Origin: a virus
Direction: 5' to 3' (one strand)
Length of the DNA: 64,000 bases
Virus record (IMG/VR): IMGVR_UViG_3300023174_000124
Coordinates: 1 to 64,000 of that record
In this document: one piece after another, positions 56,097-64,000 of the stretch
How the letters are laid out: every line of letters starts with the position of its first letter
Position numbering within the stretch: position 1 is the first letter of the stretch
Translations under genes and position numbers: made by a program
The notes under the pieces: generated by a model
Database searches by the model: none
The model's input: only the letters and a program-made list of their open reading frames with translations
Told to the model about the DNA's origin: nothing

Positions 56097-56942
56097 ATGA
56101 ATACACAAATTAGAATAAGATATGCTTGTTATATAGCAATAAAAAACACACCTTTAAAGAAGAGTGCAAATATAGTAAGAAGAGAATTGAATATAAATAC
56201 ACTTGAGGTTTTTGGAAAGCATATAGTAAAGACAGCAGGGTTTGGGTCTTTATCTATTAAACTTAAACAATTATATGAGGGTTTTCAAAATATGCCTGAA
56301 TATTGGAATAAGTTTAAAGAGATGATAGGAATGACAGCAGTATCTACATGGGAACAGATTAAAGAATTTGATAAGAAATTTGGTGCTTTTTTAGAGATGG
56401 GGAAATTAAAACTTAAATATTTAGGTTCTAAATTAAAAAGAGAGTCTGAATTATTGTCAATATTTATGAAAGTGTATAGTGATATTCCTTCTTTTACTAC
56501 TTTATTAGATTCTCTAGTAGAGAAATTGCCTATAAAAGTACAAGCTATACTTAAAGGGGTAGGTAAAAAAGTAAAACCTTTTGCAAAATTTTTAGATGAT
56601 CTTTTAAGTCGTAGTGCAACATTAAAAGCCTTGTCTGTACCTATTAAGGCTTACATTTATTGGAAGATATGGGTGAGTGTTACTGAAATTTCTTGGAATA
56701 TTGTAGGTATTATAAAAGGTATGTTAGGTATGATTTCTTGGGAAGAATTATTAGATTCTTTACCTGAATCAGGTGTAGGCTACTTATTAACTCTCTTATT
56801 CCCTGACTTACCTGGTGGTTTAATTTTAAAGTCTTTGCAAATAGGTTGGAATATATTATTACCAGCTGCCATAACATTCCAAATGTATTGGCTATATAAA
56901 AATGGGTATGTAGATAAAAATTTAAATCCTATTAACCAATAG
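56097..56942 (+). CDS. tagged protein with hydrophobic C-terminal half
   Basis: KKSA and VKTA sites; AYIYWKIW...LLPAAITF; GAGGAG RBS. Confidence 0.8.
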   Translation: MNTQIRIRYACYIAIKNTPLKKSANIVRRELNINTLEVFGKHIVKTAGFGSLSIKLKQLYEGFQNMPEYWNKFKEMIGMTAVSTWEQIKEFDKKFGAFLEMGKLKLKYLGSKLKRESELLSIFMKVYSDIPSFTTLLDSLVEKLPIKVQAILKGVGKKVKPFAKFLDDLLSRSATLKALSVPIKAYIYWKIWVSVTEISWNIVGIIKGMLGMISWEELLDSLPESGVGYLLTLLFPDLPGGLILKSLQIGWNILLPAAITFQMYWLYKNGYVDKNLNPINQ

Positions 56943-59157
56943 CTAAATTTTGACCTCTTGGTATCATAGTCGCTAAGAATGGTGTTCCTGTTATAGGATT
57001 TATATCACTCCCACACATAATAGGACCCACTGAAGCACCTGGACTTAATAATGTAATAGCTGTCCCTCTTAATAGGAGTGCTGCAGGTGTTGTTATACTT
57101 ACACCTGCATTACCTATAATAGTTGTAAGACCTGCTAATGCTGTTATATTAACATTACCTACTACTGCTGTATGGGATATACCTGCAGGTGAAATAGAAC
57201 TAATATTACCATTGGCTGTTTGTGTTATAGTCCCCACACCTACTGTTTGTGTTATTGCACCTGTAGGTATTGTCGTTATATCATTTAAGTTAGTTAAAGC
57301 GATTGTATTCCTAGTCCCTGCTGTATATGTAGTTTGATCTACAATACCTGGTCCACCTATAATCTTAACATCTCTAGGTGGTACAAGAGGATTTAAAGAA
57401 CTAAAAGCAGAACTTTGTCCCCCCATAACAGTCTGTTTCATTGTATTTGTCTTTATACTTACAGATTCACCACTATTAATATCAAAATTACTCTGACTTG
57501 AGAAAGATAAAGCACTCGCATTTCTTAATCTCACTGAAGGAGCATCTAATACAATCACATCACTTGACTTTAATGCTATACTCCCTTTACCCTCTAAGAC
57601 TATACTATTTCCACCACCATCACCTTTAAAAGTCCCACCTGCAAACATATAGATACTATTTCTATTACTCTTAATATCTAAACTACCATCTCCACTTATA
57701 CTTAATCCTGTACCATATAGAATATCAGTTCCACCTAAGACTTCTAGTCCTAAACCACCTTCTACTTTAAGTTTAGCACCTAATTCTTCTCTTGTGCCTA
57801 TATACCCTCTAAAAGCACCACCTTTAGTAAAACCCATATATGTAGGAGCATCTTCACCTATAATAGGTTTTATTCTAAATAAAGTAGCTAGGTGGTTTTC
57901 TATAGGTAAGTCAGTAGCATCGTCTATAAACCCAAAATCATTTGAATATAAAGGTTTCCCATATAGCTTTTTACCACCATCAGTAAAAGCATCATTACCT
58001 ACAACAGTACCTAAAACCCATTCTATATAAGGAGCTTTATCTGAAGCTCCTCTTTCATTAGGTATTCGGTCTATATCCATACCATCAGTTTGTTCAGTGA
58101 CAGGTAAAGTACCATCTGTGGTATGATTTAATTCAATACGATATTCGGTAGTAGCTTGAGTAAAAGTCTTTTTACCTTCAACATCATATCTAAGAATAGC
58201 TTTACCACCATAGACATTAAAATCAATTTCTGAACTTGTCTTTAGATTTTCATCTATAAGGTTAGCTGAGTACATTAACTTATAGGGGTCTATGAATGTA
58301 GGAAGATTTTGACCTACATCGTTTTCAAAAGCAGATTTACTGTTTAAACTACCTTTTCTAAATAAAGGGTGGGGTTGGTAGCTGTCTGTACTATTATCTG
58401 CTTTTAAATCAAATTGGGTGATAGGTTTACCTGCTGAGTCAAGTTGAGTAGGGCTGTCCCAAGCACGACCATCAGAGATAAGATCATAGGGGATAATTCT
58501 AGCATCTCTTTGAACCATCCCACCATAAATTCTAGCACCACTCATAGCATGGAATTGTTGGAGTGATCTAACAACAAGAGCTTGATCTTGGTCTCTTAAT
58601 CTGATTTCATTAGCTCTTCTATTAGATAATAAGACACCTTCGTCTAGGACAAGATCAGAGCCTTGAGAAGAAGAAGCACCGATATTACCAGGTTCATAGT
58701 GTCTCATTTTATGACGGATACGGTTAATAGTGCCGTCTAGGATTTTTCTATCTTTGGGGTTATTTAAAAGACCCTCTTCTTCATTAAATGCTTGAGTAGG
58801 AATCCATTCATGACCGAGATAGTGTGCTTTGGGAAGCCAAGCGAGAATAGCAGGTCTTTTATTACCTGCAGCACCTGTAGAGTCGATAACAAACCAACCG
58901 ACAACACACATATCACCTACTTCAGGAATAGCACCGAGAAAGTGTCTTGAGCCTATACTAGGGAAGAGTAATTCAACACCATCATAAATAGGTTCTTCTT
59001 TTTCACCTTCAAGAACTTTAATAGTGCATCTAAATTCTTCCCAATTGATAGATTGTATTTTAGCAGTACCTAAAGAAAGAGCTGACCAGCCTGTACTAGG
59101 ATTATTAGGTCTAGTTAAACTACTCTTAAATTCAGATTTCATTTGACCTTTATCCAT
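56932..59157 (-). CDS. baseplate spike (gp5/VgrG/gpV-like)
   Basis: OB-fold region GAIPEVGDMCVVGW; beta-helix-like C-terminal repeats; ATG at 59157 after AAAGGA. Confidence 0.75.
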   Translation of the reverse strand: MDKGQMKSEFKSSLTRPNNPSTGWSALSLGTAKIQSINWEEFRCTIKVLEGEKEEPIYDGVELLFPSIGSRHFLGAIPEVGDMCVVGWFVIDSTGAAGNKRPAILAWLPKAHYLGHEWIPTQAFNEEEGLLNNPKDRKILDGTINRIRHKMRHYEPGNIGASSSQGSDLVLDEGVLLSNRRANEIRLRDQDQALVVRSLQQFHAMSGARIYGGMVQRDARIIPYDLISDGRAWDSPTQLDSAGKPITQFDLKADNSTDSYQPHPLFRKGSLNSKSAFENDVGQNLPTFIDPYKLMYSANLIDENLKTSSEIDFNVYGGKAILRYDVEGKKTFTQATTEYRIELNHTTDGTLPVTEQTDGMDIDRIPNERGASDKAPYIEWVLGTVVGNDAFTDGGKKLYGKPLYSNDFGFIDDATDLPIENHLATLFRIKPIIGEDAPTYMGFTKGGAFRGYIGTREELGAKLKVEGGLGLEVLGGTDILYGTGLSISGDGSLDIKSNRNSIYMFAGGTFKGDGGGNSIVLEGKGSIALKSSDVIVLDAPSVRLRNASALSFSSQSNFDINSGESVSIKTNTMKQTVMGGQSSAFSSLNPLVPPRDVKIIGGPGIVDQTTYTAGTRNTIALTNLNDITTIPTGAITQTVGVGTITQTANGNISSISPAGISHTAVVGNVNITALAGLTTIIGNAGVSITTPAALLLRGTAITLLSPGASVGPIMCGSDINPITGTPFLATMIPRGQNLAIG

Positions 59158-59158
59158 T

Positions 59159-62100
59159 TTATTTAGTTCCTTTCTTTTCAGTCCACAGAATACCACTACC
59201 TGTAAACACATCTCCACTAGATTCTAAAGCAGCTTTTTCTAATGCTGATTTTTCTTTTTGATCTATTGCTTCTAAATTAGAAGAATAGGTTTCAGTAAGA
59301 GTTCGTAATCTATCTGTAGCTGTATTAGTATTATTTAAAATTCTATTTATGTTAGTATCAAGAGTACTCTTAAAAGAAGAGAGATTTGTTTCACTGAGTT
59401 CCTCTGCACCTCTATAATTATCTTGATCTATCTTCCATTCAATACCTTTTTCTATCATTACATCATGTAATTTTTGAGAGAAGGTATCATGTTCAGCACC
59501 ACTAAAATCTAATTTAACATAAGGTGTGTTATATTCCGTTAGGTTTTCTAAATCTAAATCTGAATCATAACCTCTACATTGACAAACAGACCCACTATTT
59601 TTAATACCACCTGGAGCTATTTGATTAAGTGCTTTGGGGACATTACTAGCGACTACATATTTATTCGTTTCTGATTCACTTAAAATTCTATTTGTTAAAC
59701 CTGACATAAATGCTTCTCTAATAGCTTCACTTGTATTTTCTTTAGGTTTTTCAAAACCTGTGCTATTAAATATAACATCTCTTTCTTCAGGAGACATATT
59801 AACAAATTTATCAGCAGATGAACCTAACACTTCTTGGATTTCTTTTGTATCTTTTGTGTTTTTAAGTATCTTATACAGACTTTCAATTTCTGCTGTGCCT
59901 AATAATCTAGTAAAGTCTTGTTCTACTAAAGACATATAAGTACCATTTACTTTTAAATCTAAACCTCTACCATATGCTTGAAAACCATATACTTCATAAC
60001 CTTCTTCATCGGAGACAGGGAATACCATACTCTTTTTTGTCTTTTTAGTGAAAGAACTATTAAGAGTACTAGGATTAACCCCATCCTTTTTCAAATTTAT
60101 AGGATTACCTTTAGCATTAAGTGCTGTTATGGTTTCATTTAGTTTTTGATATTCTATTTGAGAATTTTCAAGTTCGGATGGTGTTCTTTGTGCAGGAGTT
60201 TTAGCTGTTAAATCAAAATAGGCTTTATGTCCTTTTTCAATAGCAGTCCATAGGTTACCTGCAGCATATTGTATTTGTTTATATAATTCATTTCTAAATG
60301 CTGTACTTTGAACATCTTCTTCAACAATAGCAGGTGGTGGAATAAGGAAGTTTTCTCTAACTCTATATACAAATCTAATTTCAGTCACAGACCTTGTTCT
60401 ATTTAAAACACCTTGACTATGAGGTTTAAGGGTATTATCTATCCCTTTAACAGGTGGATATTCTCCTGAATCTCCTGAGGTATTCCCTTCTAGGGTTTTA
60501 AAATTCCCTTGTCCATTTACAGGTGGTTCTTGGCATAAAGTTATATGTTTACCATATTTATCTTCAAGTTTGCCAACAACAATAATATCACCTACTCTAA
60601 TATCTTCACCACTTAAATTTTTACCATTCTGCCATTCCATTCTATATAAAGCACTAGTAGTGTCATCTTTTTTATCTGACACAGTAAACCCACCTAATCC
60701 CCCTTGATATAATCTTGTTGTAGAAGGGAATAGGCTTTTAATTAGGTTTATATCTGTAACAAAATTTTGATAACAAAAAGCTGCAAATGACCCACACCAT
60801 TCATTATCTAAGGCTTTATTTCCATTCTTCCATGCTTCAAGGTCTTCCCATGACTTATTAACAGTGAAAGTACTTCCGAATATAGCTTGAAAGTAATTAC
60901 TATCTATATATTCATTACCTGCATTTAAAATAGCATATTCAGGGTTATTCACAGCATTAGCTCCCCCTCTTGCTTTCATCCATTCATATTTAGTGGGATG
61001 AAACCATTCAAAAGCAAGTCCTCTTTGAAACTCTTGATAAGCAATATCTATTATTTGACTTGCTACTATATCTGTATTTTTAAGAGGTGCTTTTTTGCTC
61101 TCTTGTACAACACCATTAGGGGCAAATAATTTAGCAGGGTCTTTAATTAAATCTTTTACATCATTAGGAATACTAGGATTTGCTATTATAAGAGATACAT
61201 CTAATAACTTAGCTATCAATTCTTCTGTTGGGCTTGAATTTCTTATATTTTTATAACTAGCTTCTTTAATAAAGTTCTCAATAAAATCATTCCTAGTGAC
61301 AACTTTATTCGACCTATAAAAATCAGCAGGAACATCTATATAGATTTCTTCTTTTTTGTTTTTATCTACTTTTACAAAAACTTCATGTTCTTGAAAAGTT
61401 AGAGATGTAATTTCATTAGTAGCAATTACTTCAGTTTTTTTAGTAAAAGAGTTTTTTACTTTAAGACCTGCTTTAGGAAAATCTTGAGTAAATACTACTG
61501 TATCGCCATCTCCACTAGGATCAGGTTTTACAATATTGATTTTATTTCCATTAAAACGATCTTCGGATGTTCTTAGTAGTCTTTCACCTACACTTACAAT
61601 TTCATTACTTTGTACATCAAATGCAATTTCAGTAGCACCTTGCATTTTAGGGTCAGGGTGAGAACTACTATAATATCTAAAATAACCTGGGACATGAGGT
61701 GAGAAAGCATTTTTTTTATTAGAAAGTAATTCTAAAATACTAGCAGTACTTCCCATACCTGTAGATGTTTCATTTGCTCTTTGTTTGTTTATTCTAACCG
61801 CATTGATTAAATCTAATAATGTTAAAGCAGGTAATTGTCCTTCAGGTGGGTTTAATAAAGTTCTTTCATATTCTTCATTATAAATAAAACTTACATTTTC
61901 TGATTGGTCTTGGGCTCTAGTTTCTACATTAGTGAGATTATTATAAGCCTTTTCCATATTGTCTTTTACTTGTTGTTGTTCTTCTGCCTTTTGATCAGGT
62001 GATAGTTTTTTATTCTTTTTACTTACAGCTGATTGTAAGTCTTTTTGATACTCTGTGTTTATACTAGAAATATCTTTTTGCCCTTGACTAATATCTTTAC

Positions 62101-64000
62101 CTGATATTGTCCCTATTTGTTGTGGTGCACCATCATCAACAGGATTAAGCACTACAAATTTAGCATTCTCATCAAAGATGTCTTCAACACTATCGGGAGC
62201 TAAAGATAAAACCTTTAAATTCATAGCTTCTACAATAAGCATATTTTTAAAGTGAGGTTTATCTATTTCAAGAGTTTCAGTACCCATATAAAAGAAATTA
62301 GGGTCTATACGAGTCATATCAAGACCCATAACAACATTAGGAAAACCTGTTACTTTATATTTAATTTCATTTTCTAAACCTGTAGTGCCTACAATCTCTT
62401 CTTTCTTTTTAAGATATTTAGAACCTTTATAGGTATTTATAAGGTCAACAGCTCTACTAGGGTCATCTTTATAAGAAACATTTTCATCACCTGGTGGCAT
62501 AAATCTTTTTCTTCTAGCTTTAATTTCTATTGTAGTGCTACAAGAAGATCCATAACTAAAATCGTGAGATACAGATGTGACATAATAGAAACAGTCTATA
62601 TGTTCTATATATACAGGGTAGCCAGGTTTAATTTCAGGTCGGAGGGTGATAGAAACGGAAGCTGTTTCGGCTTCTTGGTTTTGTCTATCTAATTCAGCGG
62701 CGGCATAATAGAAAGCAGAAGTAGTGTTAGTATGTATATTACTATCTATATCTAAAGGTCTCCACCCATATTTAGCGACAAGTTTATAATCTATATAGGT
62801 GGATTTAGGTGCTACAAATTCATCATCTACAACACCATTAATGTTTTTAAAGTTAACACCTTTAACCACAGCATAAGTATACTGAGGTTCTTTAACAGAG
62901 AAGTTCATACTAATAATATCTTCGGGTTTAAGAACATAAACTCTACTAGCTTTGGTGTTAAGATTATATAAAGGTGGTTTAAAAACTAAATCGCCATCTA
63001 CATCTTGATAAAATTCAAAATTGGCTTTTTCGGCAACAGTAGAAGCGATTTGTTGTTTAGTTTCATAAGTAGATTCCCACATATTAATACTAGCTAAATT
63101 ACCTATATCTAAAACATACGCTTGCATATCTGATGTGAGAGAACCCCTACCACTTTCTGAGGTAGCATTTACTTCAATAATATCAGGACCTCTTTCTAAA
63201 ATTTGAGAACTTGTACCTGCTCCATTAATTCTTACAATATTTCTTTGTCTAAATAGATTAGCACCACTTGCCCCATTGGCAGTTCCTGTTTGAGATTGGG
63301 CTCTATTTACAGTTTTTAAACTATCTGAGACCATTTTACTTGTGGAAGCACCTCCATAATAAACTTGTTCTAGACTAGAAAACAATCTGCCTGAAGTACC
63401 GTGCATTCTTAAACCATACATACCTTGAGAGAATCTTCGTTCCCAATATCTAAGACTTAAACTGAAAGCATCTTGCTTACCTACACGAGCATTAACATTT
63501 GTCTTTTTATTAAGACCTGCAACAATACCTTGAGCAGACCCACCTGAATCTCTATATAATTTATAGATAATTTGGTGGGGTGTCATACCTGTAAAAATAT
63601 GACCATTCATTTGAACTTGTCCAGGTGATTCACTAGGTCTAGCTGCCATAGATGCAGTATTTGTATCTATATGTTGATATTGCCAAAAATGAAGTAAATT
63701 ATTACAACTAAAAGAACCATTATAAAACCCACCACTATAAGCATAACTTATAGATGTCACTACACCATGAAAAACAGGATAATAAGGTTTCATTTTCAAA
63801 TCTTTAAGATTATAACTCTCATCTTCATATTCTACTATCTCATTAGCATTTAATTCTTTAACATCAAATACACCACGAATATAAACATTTACTTCAAGAC
63901 CAGGTGTAATAAGAAAAGCACCATCTTTAAAGATACTATCTCCATGATGTTTAGGTATAGAAAAGTTAATAGTAGAATCACCACTACTAGAATCTACACC
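59159..64000 (-). CDS. baseplate hub-like protein with inserted CHAP amidase domain (5' end beyond the window)
   Basis: Frame is open to 64000. FEFYQDVDGDLVFKPP, LRPEIKPGYPV, YYVTSVSHDF. CHAP motifs WCGSF...GDIIV...KHI...TLEGN. Confidence 0.8.
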   Translation of the reverse strand, partial: GVDSSSGDSTINFSIPKHHGDSIFKDGAFLITPGLEVNVYIRGVFDVKELNANEIVEYEDESYNLKDLKMKPYYPVFHGVVTSISYAYSGGFYNGSFSCNNLLHFWQYQHIDTNTASMAARPSESPGQVQMNGHIFTGMTPHQIIYKLYRDSGGSAQGIVAGLNKKTNVNARVGKQDAFSLSLRYWERRFSQGMYGLRMHGTSGRLFSSLEQVYYGGASTSKMVSDSLKTVNRAQSQTGTANGASGANLFRQRNIVRINGAGTSSQILERGPDIIEVNATSESGRGSLTSDMQAYVLDIGNLASINMWESTYETKQQIASTVAEKANFEFYQDVDGDLVFKPPLYNLNTKASRVYVLKPEDIISMNFSVKEPQYTYAVVKGVNFKNINGVVDDEFVAPKSTYIDYKLVAKYGWRPLDIDSNIHTNTTSAFYYAAAELDRQNQEAETASVSITLRPEIKPGYPVYIEHIDCFYYVTSVSHDFSYGSSCSTTIEIKARRKRFMPPGDENVSYKDDPSRAVDLINTYKGSKYLKKKEEIVGTTGLENEIKYKVTGFPNVVMGLDMTRIDPNFFYMGTETLEIDKPHFKNMLIVEAMNLKVLSLAPDSVEDIFDENAKFVVLNPVDDGAPQQIGTISGKDISQGQKDISSINTEYQKDLQSAVSKKNKKLSPDQKAEEQQQVKDNMEKAYNNLTNVETRAQDQSENVSFIYNEEYERTLLNPPEGQLPALTLLDLINAVRINKQRANETSTGMGSTASILELLSNKKNAFSPHVPGYFRYYSSSHPDPKMQGATEIAFDVQSNEIVSVGERLLRTSEDRFNGNKINIVKPDPSGDGDTVVFTQDFPKAGLKVKNSFTKKTEVIATNEITSLTFQEHEVFVKVDKNKKEEIYIDVPADFYRSNKVVTRNDFIENFIKEASYKNIRNSSPTEELIAKLLDVSLIIANPSIPNDVKDLIKDPAKLFAPNGVVQESKKAPLKNTDIVASQIIDIAYQEFQRGLAFEWFHPTKYEWMKARGGANAVNNPEYAILNAGNEYIDSNYFQAIFGSTFTVNKSWEDLEAWKNGNKALDNEWCGSFAAFCYQNFVTDINLIKSLFPSTTRLYQGGLGGFTVSDKKDDTTSALYRMEWQNGKNLSGEDIRVGDIIVVGKLEDKYGKHITLCQEPPVNGQGNFKTLEGNTSGDSGEYPPVKGIDNTLKPHSQGVLNRTRSVTEIRFVYRVRENFLIPPPAIVEEDVQSTAFRNELYKQIQYAAGNLWTAIEKGHKAYFDLTAKTPAQRTPSELENSQIEYQKLNETITALNAKGNPINLKKDGVNPSTLNSSFTKKTKKSMVFPVSDEEGYEVYGFQAYGRGLDLKVNGTYMSLVEQDFTRLLGTAEIESLYKILKNTKDTKEIQEVLGSSADKFVNMSPEERDVIFNSTGFEKPKENTSEAIREAFMSGLTNRILSESETNKYVVASNVPKALNQIAPGGIKNSGSVCQCRGYDSDLDLENLTEYNTPYVKLDFSGAEHDTFSQKLHDVMIEKGIEWKIDQDNYRGAEELSETNLSSFKSTLDTNINRILNNTNTATDRLRTLTETYSSNLEAIDQKEKSALEKAALESSGDVFTGSGILWTEKKGTK

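Noticed and set aside
59159-63799. TTG start at 63799 for the hub gene
   Set aside because: The frame stays open to the window edge, so the true start lies beyond 64000.
1-64000. Stop-codon reassignment
   Set aside because: Code 11 gives dense, intact genes ending in TAA, TAG and TGA; no suppressor tRNA was seen.
13772-64000. Bacterial contractile injection system (T6SS/eCIS) or cellular chromosome
   Set aside because: Sheath and baseplate genes are interspersed with phage-type PolA, primase, neck proteins and many small hypotheticals; there are no housekeeping or T6SS membrane-complex genes.

Overview
AT-rich (about 30% GC by eye), gene-dense 64-kb segment of a large contractile-tailed (jumbo-type) bacteriophage genome, read in genetic code 11 and mostly on the minus strand. 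It contains tRNA-Glu(TTC) and an anticodon-less tRNA-like element, a family A DNA polymerase and a TOPRIM-only primase. Structural genes include a 1615-aa tail sheath, neck and adaptor proteins, a baseplate spike and a 5'-truncated baseplate hub with a CHAP insert. There is also a 1721-aa host-like surface protein ending in a MYXO-CTERM-like sorting signal, which suggests a Myxococcota-like host. No terminase, portal, major capsid or tail-tube gene was recognised in the window. Main unexplained signals: (1) about 19 unrelated proteins share terminal helical tags (LIK[IL]AY.NP.LR / MIRxAML) bounded by [KR]-x-A sites, suggesting a capsid-loading and proteolytic maturation system for a cargo of proteases, hydrolases and membrane proteins; (2) a dozen or more late-type genes have their RBS in or beside a hairpin that overlaps a TTTAT-N13/14-TARR motif; (3) a promoter-driven pseudoknotted ncRNA candidate at 6685-6773; (4) a SWIM domain reachable only by a -1 shift at an A10 tract; (5) a sawtooth G/C skew independent of gene strand. 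All family calls are by motif recognition, not database search.
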